Origin: Amoebidium appalachense
Lineage: Eukaryota > Protista > Ichthyosporea
Direction: 5' to 3'
Length of the DNA stretch: 24,492 bases
Assembly (NCBI GenBank): GCA_963693365.1
Contig: CAVNZM010000016.1
Coordinates: 1,249,259-1,273,750 of the forward strand
The position numbers were made by a program, and so were the translations under genes. Below the pieces are notes generated by a model that had not been told where the DNA came from, searched no databases, and worked only from the letters and a program-made list of their open reading frames with translations. Positions within the stretch are counted from its first letter, which is position 1, and the number at the start of each line of letters is the position of its first letter. Below, in pieces: positions 14,186-24,492 of this stretch.

Positions 14186-15181
14186 ATGTCCACTACCCTG
14201 CAGGAATGCCAGGCCCTGAGTCTCAACCTCGACTCTCGGGCCTTTTACTCCCGGGTGCAAAAAGTGTTCATCGATTTTTGTGTGGCATCTCGGCTGCAGT
14301 CCTCCTCCGGGTCCTACCTCCCGGCCTCCCCACACACCGTGCAGCTCTTTCTCGCCTGGTGTGCCCAACGAGGGGTACAGGCCTCTTCCTTGGCCGGCTA
14401 CAATTCGGCCATCACCAGACTCCACCTCGACATGGGCCTCCCTGCTCCCTACCCCCACGACAAGTCTCTGGCCTGGTTCCTACGAGGGGTGGGCAGATGG
14501 CAGCTTTCTCACAACATCCGGCCCCGATCATCTACCAGGGAGCCCCTCCTGCCCTCCCACCTCAGCCTACTCCATGGCCAGTGCCCCACCAAGGCCTCCT
14601 CGGCCAATCTCCGGCTATGGACGGTCCTCATCGTCGGTTTTTGTGGTCTCCTCCGTTCGGGGGAATTTACCTCCAAGACCCTGACTTCCTTCGACCCGTC
14701 CCGTCACGTTAAAAGGAAGGACGTGACCTTCAGCTACACCTCCTCCGGTACTTTGTCCCATGCCACCCTCCACCTGCCAACCTCCAAGACGGATGTACAG
14801 GCCCAAGGTGTCAACGTCACTCTCGCTGCCCTGCCCCTCACCCACTTCTTCCCAGCCCATCTCCTCCGGCAGTTCCTGGATACAACGTCCGGTCAACCCG
14901 ACGACCCCCTGTTCAGTCTCGGTGGCATTCCCTACACCAAGGGTGCTTTCTCTGCCGACTTCCGTGCTCTCCTCTCCCGGGCAGGCCTCTCACCCTCCCG
15001 GTTTGCCGGCCACAGCCTCCGAATCGGGGGGGCCACAGCCCTGGCTGAGGCTGGGGTCGACAACTCCCGGATCAAACAACTCGGCAGATGGTCCTCCGAC
15101 TGTTTCCTGATCTATACTCGACTTCGCCCGGCCTCCATTACTGCCACTACCACACGTGTATTCGCCTCTATTCTTAAGTGA
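14186..15181 (+). CDS. Tyrosine recombinase (phage-integrase fold) of DIRS-order/Ngaro-type retrotransposons, 331 aa, intact and intronless
   Basis: Complete catalytic set: GLLR157SGE, SK201TD, GH276SLR279IGGAT, LGRW302SS, Y310. The N-terminal core-binding region (Y...F..FC...PAS...V.LFLA...Y.SAI...H...G.P.P) is typical of DIRS/Ngaro YRs. Confidence 0.95.
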   Translation: MSTTLQECQALSLNLDSRAFYSRVQKVFIDFCVASRLQSSSGSYLPASPHTVQLFLAWCAQRGVQASSLAGYNSAITRLHLDMGLPAPYPHDKSLAWFLRGVGRWQLSHNIRPRSSTREPLLPSHLSLLHGQCPTKASSANLRLWTVLIVGFCGLLRSGEFTSKTLTSFDPSRHVKRKDVTFSYTSSGTLSHATLHLPTSKTDVQAQGVNVTLAALPLTHFFPAHLLRQFLDTTSGQPDDPLFSLGGIPYTKGAFSADFRALLSRAGLSPSRFAGHSLRIGGATALAEAGVDNSRIKQLGRWSSDCFLIYTRLRPASITATTTRVFASILK

Positions 15182-15440
15182 AACCTTTGGAGCAAGCATA
15201 CTGCTCTCGTGCCGTGGTTTACAACCATTGCAGGTTCACTTTCGTCCAAGGGGATGTCCCCCTAGAGGCAACACACGTCCCGGAGTAGTTTTCATTTGGG
15301 TTTTATTTGTGGAATTTATTGACATAAATATTTTTTCTGGGTAAACACGTAGGATGGGTGTTCGGTATCAACATAACCATGTAGGCTTCGTTTCGTGTTT
15401 TAGCAGTTCGCGGTTGGCTGCCCGCACACGGGCACCTATT

Positions 15441-15562
15441 AGCCAATCAAAACATCAGATTCCACATATCACTAGACCGAGTTTCGATTGGCTCGGATCA
15501 GATTTCACATATCACTAGATCGATTTTTGATTGGCTCAAATCGGTAGGCTTAGGTATATAAG
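15441..15562 (+). promoter_or_regulatory. LTR-like Pol II promoter in repeat A: three CCAAT boxes and a TATA box
   Basis: agccaatc at 15441, two 43-bp tandem units (15454, 15497) each ending in gattggctc, and tatataa at 15555-15561. Mirrored in the inverted copy (~16735-16855). Confidence 0.6.
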
Positions 15563-16430
15563 CACGACAGTTTTTAGCAGATCAGCAAGCTACAAACACA
15601 TCTTCTGTGTTTAGCACTCACAGCCTTACAGCTATATATTACTTTTTCACCCACCCACCTACACCCACACTCAACCCCCATTGATCCACACATACGTGCT
15701 GTTTTTTCACGGGGCGAAGACTTCCCCCGTTTTTTTGGGCACAAGGACCTCACGGATCAATAAATTGATGACTGGGGGCTTGCCGTGGTTTACAACCATT
15801 GCAGGTTCACTTTCGTCCAAGGGGATGTCCCCCTAGAGGCAACACACGTCCCGGAGTAGTTGTCATAGAAACACCAGATTAATACTGAAGTAATATCAAT
15901 TATCCATTGCCAATGTATTGCGAGTAGAGATTTTCTGTGGTAGAGACGCTATAGAAGTGTAATAGAACTGTAATATTGACGTAATATCGGCATAATATTT
16001 TTATATTATTGTCATACCATGTCAGGTCTACCACCAATAACTATATACCGTATGAGTAATGTACTGGCAATATCCCAAAATGCGTGTACGTGTGCCTATT
16101 AACAATACAATTTCGATATTGTCAATGTACTTATTCGGTATTATACTATTGCTTGCGGAGTATTGTCAATACGTTATGAATATATAATATGTAGGACAAT
16201 TTTGTGTCAAATTAGGGTATTGTCCAACGTGGCAAGACTATTGCCAATATATTATGAATGTATTCTTCCTGACCATTTTGGGATATTGGCAATATACCCA
16301 ACCCATATGTCCCATATGGCCGATACAAACATAATGTCGCTATTGGTTATAGGGTTACTATGATATGATTATAATAGGATCTCAATTCGGTCAAAATGTA
16401 TTGCCAATGTATCCGTCACAATAGCAAGAC

Positions 16431-17210
16431 TTCTATGAAAAACTACTCCGGGACGTGTGTTGCCTCTAGGGGGACATCCCCTTGGACGAAAGTGAACCTG
16501 GAATGGTTGTAAACCACGGCAAGCCCCCAGTCGTCAATTTATTGTGAGGTCCTTGTGCCCAAAAAACGGGGGAAGTCTTCGCCCCGTGAAAAAACAGCAC
16601 GTATGTGTGGATCAATGGGGGTTGAGTGTGGGTGTAGGTGGGTGGGTGAAAAAGGATTATGTAGCTGTAAGGCTGTGGGTGCTAAACACAGAAGATGTGT
16701 TTGTAGCTTGCTGATCTGCTAAAAACTGTCGTGCTTATATACCTAAGCCTACAGATCTGAGCCAATCAAAATCGATCTAGTGATATGTGAAATCTGATCC
16801 GAGCCAATCAAAACTCGGTCTAGTGATATGTGGAATCTGATGTTTTGATTGGCTAATAGGTGCCCGTGTGCGGGCAGCCAACCGTGAACTGCTAAAACAC
16901 GAAATGAAGCCTACATGGTTATGTTGATACCGAACACCCATCCTACGTGTTTACCCAGAAAAAATATTTATGTCAATAAATTCCACAAATAAAACCTCTA
17001 TGAAAAACTACTCCGGGACGTGTGTTGCCTCTAGGGGGACATCCCCTTGGACGAAAGTGAACCTGCAATGGTTGTAAACCACGGCACGAGAGCAGTATGC
17101 TTGCTCCAAAGGTTTCACTTAAGAATAGAGGCGAATACACGTGTGGTAGTGGCAGCAATGGAGGCCGGGCGAAGTCGAGTATAGATCAGGAAACAGTCGG
17201 AGGACCATCT
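16431..17210 (-). mobile_element. Second, inverted, 5'-truncated copy of the same Ngaro-like element end (last ~31 YR codons + B1-A-B2)
   Basis: Reverse complement of 15086-15870. B copies lie at 17006-17086 and 16441-16521. Homology stops abruptly at 17210, inside the YR GRW motif. It differs from copy 1 by scattered substitutions and small indels, including a 5-bp ggatc indel. Confidence 0.92.
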
Positions 17211-17958
17211 AACAGATAATGGGAGAAATTGTAAACTTTACATTGTTGGGTACGTCACGACGGCATCTAAAAACACAGTTGTTTGTATAATAAACTGCTT
17301 GGTCACGTAGGTGCAACGACGCAAGAAATGGGCACAAAAAAAGGCTGTCTATAGGTGATCGGCAAACACGGAGGCAAGAAGCAAAGGGGAGGCAACCCCA
17401 ACGAAAGCCGTCATAAAAGCTCATTTCAGGTTTAAGTAGAAAAGCTGCCGGCATGGCCGGCAGGACACATGAACCTTCACATTTTAATAAACGGACCGGT
17501 TTTACACATGTATGTAGGGATCCGGGTGTAAATTTAGTTCGTAGTAGATACAAGCCAAGTCTGCATACTCGCTCTAGTTTTTACCGTCGTTGGTGGACAT
17601 ACATTAGCTAGCACATGCTCACATGCCTACATCGTGCCTATTTATGCTCATACGGTAACTAGGACGACCTTTCAGTTTGCCAAATTTAACGAACGAAATC
17701 TTGAAAATACTAAGGGAAAAGGTGTGTGTGGAGATTGGGAACGGTCGGCGAGAAATAGAAAAGGGGGTTTACGCTGTTTACTCGAGGCAAAGAGAACCAG
17801 TCTCAGGTATGGGGGGGGGGGTTTTGCTCGGAATATCCCCTCAGCGGTATATCATGATCACGTACATAGATGTCGGGTGGTGACTATATATCAGGGTTTA
17901 CTTTCTCTACGAGACACCATAAAGACTACAAGGAGAAATCAATTAGTTGGGGTTCCCC

Positions 17959-17959
<1 letters not shown>

Positions 17960-18012
<53 letters not shown>

Positions 18013-18045
18013 GGGGCTCCCCTCGGGACACTCGGTATCAGCTGG

Positions 18046-18110
<65 letters not shown>
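17960..18110. repeat. Poly-T (~49 nt) followed by (TG)n
   Basis: Directly visible at 17960-18008 and 18047-18110. Confidence 0.95.
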
Positions 18111-18114
<4 letters not shown>

Positions 18115-18660
18115 TGCGCTATAATTTTGTAGTGATGTGTTTCTCAAGCCAATCAATACATCTAATAAACAGGTCGTAGTTACGCGTGTTTAGTATAAAA
18201 TCAAGGATGTTGTAATTTACAGGTAGGCTATCTTTCTGGGTGTCTGTTGTGAATGTGACGTGTGTGTGTTGCGGTATTATGTGGTCTATCAAACTACATT
18301 TGGCGATACATGACCGGTTAAACTGGTGTGTGTGTGTGTTGTTTGGGCATGCAAATGATGCCACCTTATACTTATTAGATCTCCACTGTATAGCACGTGT
18401 ACAGTAAAAGCGTGGTAATTGATCAATAATACCATCAGCTAGAGAAAGACCAGTTCTACAGGAAGGTAATATGTATTTAGGTGTTATACACTTGCGAGTG
18501 CCATATTTGGCAATATGGTTGAGGCGGTCAGTATATATAAAACGAGACATAAGGCTTAGTTTTTCAAGGTGTATGCTTTCATCGGGTCTAGTGTCGTGTG
18601 GTATCTTTTTTGAAAACGGACATAAAGCGCACGTCTAGAGGATAGACAATCACGGAGAGT

Positions 18661-18830
18661 GGACTCTGAGAGTCTGCATCTCGTAGCAAACACTTCCAAA
18701 ATGGGCTCATAATAAAAAACAAAGCATCACCACATGGACTCTGGGAGTCTGCTTCGCGTATCAGACACCTCTAAAAAGGGCACATGAAAAAGACCAAAGA
18801 CTCACTACTTGGACTCTGAGAGTCCGTCTC
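18661..18830. repeat. Degenerate 75-bp period repeat, ~2.3 units
   Basis: ggactctg(a/g)gagtc at 18661, 18736 and 18811, exactly 75 bp apart, with similar intervening aaaa(t/a)ggg..cat..aaaa. Confidence 0.8.
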
Positions 18831-19080
18831 TAGTTAGACAACACATGTTAATGACCTACCAAAAAGGAAAAATAGACACCTTTGAAATGTAATATCAAGA
18901 AACACGCATTTATATTCATAGGACGTCTACCTCGAGTGGAGGAAGGGACGCTTTTTCATAAATACTTAAAGTCAGGTTTGCACAGTGGAGGCCGTCTAAT
19001 ATGAATCATGCTAATTTCGATTTCACCTCCCCCCAAACAAGATATTGCTATTTCCTTCGAGTGTTTTCAAAGGATGGTAT

Positions 19081-19162
19081 TATAGTCTTTATGTCCTCGC
19101 TCATGAGTGCCTTTACGATTTTATAGTCTTTATGTCCTCGCTCATGAGTGCCTTTACGATTT
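19081..19162. repeat. Perfect 41-bp tandem duplication
   Basis: tatagtctttatgtcctcgctcatgagtgcctttacgattt occurs twice. Confidence 0.95.
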
Positions 19163-19444
19163 CATTGAAAGTTCAGCAACACCATAGTATTACTCAAGCA
19201 TGTGAAGGTCTATGTAAGTCATTCGAGTCAACCCAGACACCATACACAATATCGCTATCCCTTGAAGTTCCGTGGGTTTCCGAAGGATGGTATTTTCGTC
19301 CTTATGGTTTGTATGTGTTCCCTTGGTCGTTTTGCGGGGTCTGGGACCTCCGTAGATGCTCGGCACTTTGTTTGTCCTGATGGGTAAGGAGAATTTTAGT
19401 TACAACCCTCAAACAATCCTGCATGCTTGCATGCTTTCATGAAC

Positions 19445-19447
<3 letters not shown>

Positions 19448-19479
<32 letters not shown>

Positions 19480-19483
19480 ACTC

Positions 19484-19552
<69 letters not shown>

Positions 19553-19590
19553 CTCTCTCATTCTCTCGCTCTCTCTCTCTCTCTCACTCA

Positions 19591-19641
<51 letters not shown>

Positions 19642-19925
19642 ACTCTCACTCTCTCTCTCTCTTGCTGTCTATCTCTAACTCCCTCTCTTTCTTCCACTCC
19701 GCCTCTCCTCTATCCCCCTAACTCACCCCTAATTCTTTTGTTCAATCTCTTTTATAAAACGGTTCTCTCTTTTCTAAAACGGTTCGCACACCTTCTGCTC
19801 AAGCTCCCTCTTGCTCTCTCGCTGTATCTATCATGGCATTATCTCTCTCTCACTCTTTACTTGATACATGCACATACATGTACATACCCACACACACTCT
19901 CTCTTTCTCGTTCTCTCTGTCTCAT

Positions 19926-19978
<53 letters not shown>

Positions 19979-20110
19979 GAGACTCTCTCCCTCTCTCTCT
20001 CTCTCCCCCCCTCTCTCTGTCTCTGTCTCTGTCTCGGTCTCTGTCTCTGTCTCTGTCTCTGTCTCTGTCTCTCTCTCTCCCTCCCCTCCCCTCCCTTCCT
20101 CTGTCTCTAT
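19448..20110. repeat. Compound (CA)n/(CT)n/(CTCTGT)n microsatellite field
   Basis: Directly visible pyrimidine-rich runs. Confidence 0.95.
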
Positions 20111-20432
20111 CTCCGCCTCTCAGCCCTATCCCCCTATATCCCTACCTCTCTCGGGCATGCAAATGCACTTGCAATGTAATGACATACACATTTATCACCG
20201 AAATCCCGTTTACGCATCACCACGACCAGGCTATGGAATAATGCCATTGAAGATACGTACCCGTCTTGGACATCATGAGCGGTTCGTCTTCTGAATCACA
20301 CGACACGTCATTTTGGAGACTGTTGGTGTCACCATCAAATTTTCTGGCCACACTGTCCGGGTTCTTGATGTTGTCGTTGTTGCTATTGCTGTCTGGGTTG
20401 TTGATGTCTGCATTGTGAATGTCAGTCCGAGC

Positions 20433-20830
20433 TCAGAGCCAATGTTCAAATAATGATTTGAAGCCTTTAGTATCTTCTTCTTGTCGTGGGAGGGGGGGGG
20501 GGGGGGAGTGTTTCGTAAATCCTTACGATTACGATTATTGACGTTTTTTTGCCCATAACACATCTTAACTTAGGAAAAGTGGAGGTGTTGGAGGTGGTGT
20601 GGGTGTGTGTGGAGGGGGGGGGGGGGGGGGGGAGGAGGGGGGGGGCAGTCGAGTATATCCGTGCATGTCGTGGGGGTGGTGGTTTTGCGTGTGTGTGTAT
20701 GGGGGGGTGGGGGGGGGTTATGCCATGTGGGGGAGGGGGGGAGGGAGGGGGAGAGGGGGGGGGGAAGGGGGGGGGGGGGCACACGTGCATGTCGTTGGGT
20801 GTGTGCAAGTTTGTGTGTGTGTGTGTGTGG

Positions 20831-20890
<60 letters not shown>

Positions 20891-21826
20891 AAATGTCTGT
20901 GTGGGCGAATTCTGTGTGTACGTAGGTATTTCATGTGCCTAAAAGCCCGAAAAAATTTATGTTGGTCGATTGATTATCATGGGGCATTAAATCATAAGGG
21001 CTTGCTTATCACCTTCGTGGTTATGACCATGGAAATCGGCGATTTCTTGGGCAATGCCATCTTCTTCCTCCTCTTCCTCGTCATCTTCCTCTTGGGTAAG
21101 GCCATCTCCCTCACCAGGGTCGCTGTCATCAGCATCCTCATTGTCATATTCCTCATCCTCACTTGAGTTGGGTGACCCTCCTGGGACTGGAAGGACGGGA
21201 GGGGAGGGGGGGGGGGGGAGAGGGAGAGTGGTCATGAGGAACTGTTTGACATAGTATGAGATAGTAAGATGAATGCAAGTGGGGTAGACTCTTGTAAGAG
21301 AGACAAGATGAATGCAAGTGGGGTAGACTGTTGTAAGAGAGACAGTTTGTCGGTGAGAGAAAGACAGAATGAAGGCCTAGAGTTAGTAGGTGGGGGTGTG
21401 TGTGTGGAGGGGGGGATGGTGGTGGTGGGGGGGGGGAGGGGGGGGGGAGGGGGGGGGATTGGTGGTACCCCCAATACAGCCTGTAAACGAGATACAGGGG
21501 TTCAGGTGTTTTAAGAGTTTTTATTAGAAGTGGCAGGGTGACATGCTTGCATGAATTCGAGTCATAAGAAAGTGCAGGGGGCTTTGGGGTCTCTTGAACG
21601 ACGGCGTGCAGAAGACAACATGTATGTGCATGTGAGTCGTGCCTGGGATAAGTGTAAGTGCTTGTGTGACTGTAGATGTTGGTGGGTTGGGAAATGGGGA
21701 GTGGGGGACGGGGGGGGGGGGGGGGGGGGGAGGCCTCACCTGGGTCCGACTCCGGTGAGTTTGCATTATCCGACTCCTTAGGCAACTCGTCCACGGCTGG
21801 TCCACCTGTACGATGGATGTTTTGCA

Positions 21827-21885
<59 letters not shown>

Positions 21886-22920
21886 GGGGGGGGGGGGGTT
21901 GGAAGGGGGGGAGGTATGGGGGAGAGGGGGAGGGAGAGTGGTGGTGAGGAACTGTTTGGCATAGCATGAGATAGTATGATGGGTTTGCCAGTGGGGTAGA
22001 CTATTGTGAGAGAGATGGTTTGTCGGTGAGAGAAAGACACAATATAGGGGTAGAGTTGGGGGAAGGGGCAAGGGGGAGGGGGGAGGGGGATGGGTGTGGG
22101 GTGATGTGGGGGGGGGGGGGGGGGGGGGGGGGGCTTACAGACACGAGAAGCATGTTAACGAGACCTAAGGATTATAGGGTTATGTGTTTGCATGATTTTG
22201 GGCCATAACGAAGTGGAGGGGTTTTGGAGGCTATTGAATGTGCTTGAGAGTGACTGTCGTGTCCGGTATAGTTATGAGTGGATGTGTTTCTATTGTTGTT
22301 GAGGGTTGAAGGGAGGGGGGGATGAGGGGAGAGGGGGGGGGGGGGGGGGGGGGGGGGGGGATGAGGAAGGGGTGGGGGAGGGGTTGGAGGAGAGGGGGGG
22401 AGGGGGGGGGGGGGGGGTCAATAAACCTTTTGCCCTTTTCATGACAGAGTCGATGATTTCCAATGCCTTCTTGTTGTATGACATGTCCTTTTTGAACAAG
22501 TTGCCGCTCCCAACCACCATCGAGGGCTCGATGGTCTGAGAGTTCTTCTTCTTGTTGTTTGTTGGGAGAAAGAATTTTGATTGCAATTGAAGGTGATCTT
22601 TGGTCAAGTACCACAGCACCTCGATCTTGCCGTCCTCAAGGACATTCAGAACCTGTATATCGTGTGCGTGTGCGTGTGCGTGTGCGTGTGTGCGTGTGCG
22701 TGTGCGTGTGTGCGCGTGCGCGCATGTGTGTGTGTGTGTGTGTGTACGTGTGTGTACGTGTGTGTTATGTGCTTGTTATGTGTATTTTATGTGTGCATTT
22801 GGTTGCGGGGGAGGTGGGTTATAATTAATTAGACTTAATCGATATAAGATATAGGTTCTTTCAACCTGGTTATGACAATATAAATCCCCGGGAAGGGTGT
22901 GTGTGTTTGTGTTTTTTTTT

Positions 22921-22959
<39 letters not shown>

Positions 22960-24478
22960 AGGGGTGAAGCCGGGGGGACCATAAAGGGCATTTCAATTGA
23001 AAAAAATGCCCGTGACTAATAACGATTGCGTATCGACATGGAAATACAGAACTGAACTCCACAACGTTTACCATAGTTAATGATAAACCAACCGGAATAA
23101 TTCAAGTGGAAGAGACTGGGAGAATTGGCGTACGACGATGTACGTTGTGCATGGGGGTGTGCATGTTTAAAGTGGAGAGGGGGGGTCAAGGTGGGGAGTT
23201 GGGGTAAGGATGAGATGGGAAGAGGAGGGGGGGGGGGGGGGGGGAGGGGGGGGGGGAGGGGAGGGGGGAGGATGAACCTTTGCCGGCTCGGGGATGGCCT
23301 TGGGGTTGTAGGCCTTGGTGGGGTTGACAAGGCAAAGAACAATATCACCCTTCTTGGCGCCCGTGTACAGGCTTGGATTCTTCCAGTCTGCCAAGCGTGC
23401 TCGTTTCCCAGGGTCCCGGTACGCCCCTGAGTACTGCGCTTTAAAGGGCTTGTCCTGCCGCAAGCTGGGCAACGGATCCTCCATAGACTCCGGCTCCACA
23501 GCGACCTGTTTGGTATATAATGGTTAGTTAACAAAGCGGAGAGGCACGTCAGACAGACATCTAAAACGAAAAGGAGGTTTTGATGCACCCAAATCTGCAC
23601 GGAGGGTAATGGGGGGACCTGGTTTATTGGGGGGAGAGGGGGAGGGAAAGTGGCCGGGGGAGGAGGGGGGGGGGGGGGGGGGAGGGGGAAGCAAGACAAG
23701 GGAATTATGGGGAATGGTATGCAGGGGTGGGGATGGGTTGGGAAAGTAATAGGAGGGTTAGATGCACCTACTTCTAAACGGGGGGTGACGGGTGGACATC
23801 ATTTAAGGGGAGGGAGGGAAACTAACGAAAACCGCAATCTGTTAAGGGCCGCGGGGAAGCAGGGGGAGGGGGGGGGGGGGGGGGAGAGCCCGGGAATCGT
23901 GGGGGATGATTTGGAGGGGTGGGGACGAGTTGGAAAAATAAAAGGAGGTCTAGATGCACCTGAATCTGCACGGGGGGTATTGGGGGGACGTGGTTTATGG
24001 GGGGAGAGGGGGAGGGAAAGTGGCCGGGGGAGGGGGGTAAGGGAAAGCAAGGAAATTATGGGGGATGATATGGAGGGGTGGGGATGGGTTGGGAAAGTAA
24101 TAGGAGGTTTTATAGAATGTATTCGTGTGTATGCGTGCATTGTGGTGTGTGCCTATGCGTGTGTGTGGTGTACCTGTTCTGGTTCTTCCCCGCCGGCCTG
24201 GGTGTAAACAGTTGGACTAGTTAGGATAAGGCAGAGTACAACTGAATCAAAATAAAGACAGAGAACGGGTAGAAAGGCACACGCGGCCAGGTTGCTTTTA
24301 CTATGGGCCGACTCAGTCTGTCTCAGACTTCACTGATGTGATCCCCGTACTGGGACGGCTTTGTTATATAGCCCCCAGGTTTCGGATCAAGGCCCAGGAT
24401 TGGTTCATCCGCGGCCAGCGCGGGTGGCAACATGCCATTCGTGATTCTGGTGCGGTCCGAGCCAGTCAGACCTTCGTC
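20433..24478 (-). CDS. 3' part of a spliced gene (starts beyond the window) with a Tudor/SH3-like barrel and an acidic low-complexity tail
   Basis: In-frame exons 24478-24351, 24216-24174, 23505-23278, 22652-22427, 21805-21740, 21180-21013 and 20521-20433 (TGA); phases 2,0,0,1,1,1. The core reads AKKGDIVLCLVNP...PEPAK/VLNVLEDGKIEVLWYLTK; the tail reads SEDEEYDNEDADDSD...EEDDEEEEEED. First and last exons are less sure; an alternative stop lies at 20987 if the last intron is not used. Confidence 0.7.
21225..22040. repeat. Paralogous ~100-140-bp segment in two adjacent introns
   Basis: gagagtggt..tgaggaactgtttg.catag.atgagatagta.gatg...agtggggtagact.ttgt.agagaga...gtttgtcggtgagagaaagaca occurs at ~21225-21367 (with an internal 39-bp tandem) and ~21934-22038. 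Confidence 0.85.
23582..24110. repeat. Degenerate G-rich intronic tandem repeat, ~3 units of ~180-190 bp
   Basis: gatgcacc anchors at 23582, 23761 and ~23953; shared gaaagtggccgggggagg and ggggtggggatgggttgggaaagtaataggagg blocks. Confidence 0.8.
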
Positions 24479-24492
24479 CTATTTATGCAAAC

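Larger units (their letters stand above)
14186..15870 (+). mobile_element. Ngaro-like (split direct repeat) YR retrotransposon, 3' portion: YR-B1-A-B2; gag/RT/RNase H and 5' A repeat absent
   Basis: An identical 81-bp repeat B (tgccgtggtttacaacc...cggagtagtt) lies at 15210-15290 and 15781-15861, flanking a ~490-bp A segment directly after the YR stop. This is the known B1-A2-B2 3' end architecture of Ngaro/PAT-type elements. Confidence 0.85.

Noticed and set aside
14206-15110. Alternative-frame ORFs overlapping the YR as possible RT/RNase H remnants
   Set aside because: No YxDD, RNase H or methyltransferase motifs seen; explained by C-rich codon bias.
14186-15181. Bacterial/phage integrase contamination or prophage
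   Set aside because: The HSLRIGGAT/GRWSS signature and split direct repeats are of the eukaryotic DIRS-order type, and the flanks are intron-rich eukaryotic DNA.
15086-17210. Classical DIRS inverted terminal repeats or a TIR transposon enclosing the spacer
   Set aside because: The arms include YR coding sequence, each has its own B-A-B structure, and the YR lies outside rather than between them; no TSD is evident.
17211-19400. ORFs 17209-17553, 17634-18179, 18119-18550, 19045-19380
   Set aside because: No recognisable motifs, no consistent splice chain, and partly simple repeats.

Overview
Repeat-rich eukaryotic genomic DNA with spliceosomal GT-AG introns full of poly-G/poly-C and (CA)n/(GA)n tracts; the organism cannot be determined from the window. 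Most ORFs in the supplied track are low-complexity artefacts. Splicing by hand gives four intron-containing genes: (1) a minus-strand gene (4169->1097, open at its 3' end) whose last exons resemble the start of a ParB-like domain; (2) a degraded minus-strand gene of unknown function (7214->4740); (3) a plus-strand Sola/DUF7869-like DNA-transposase N-terminal half (8655->12227) with no downstream exons found; (4) the 3' part of a minus-strand gene (24478->20433) with a Tudor/SH3-like barrel and an acidic tail. In the centre are a ~377-bp x ~3.6 tandem array, an intact intronless DIRS/Ngaro-type tyrosine recombinase (14186-15181) with no gag/RT upstream, its Ngaro-style B-A-B split direct repeat end, a 560-bp AT-rich spacer rich in ATTGNCAAT motifs, and a second inverted copy of the same element end. 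The two element ends form a ~785-bp inverted repeat. Family assignments rest on remembered motifs, not database searches.
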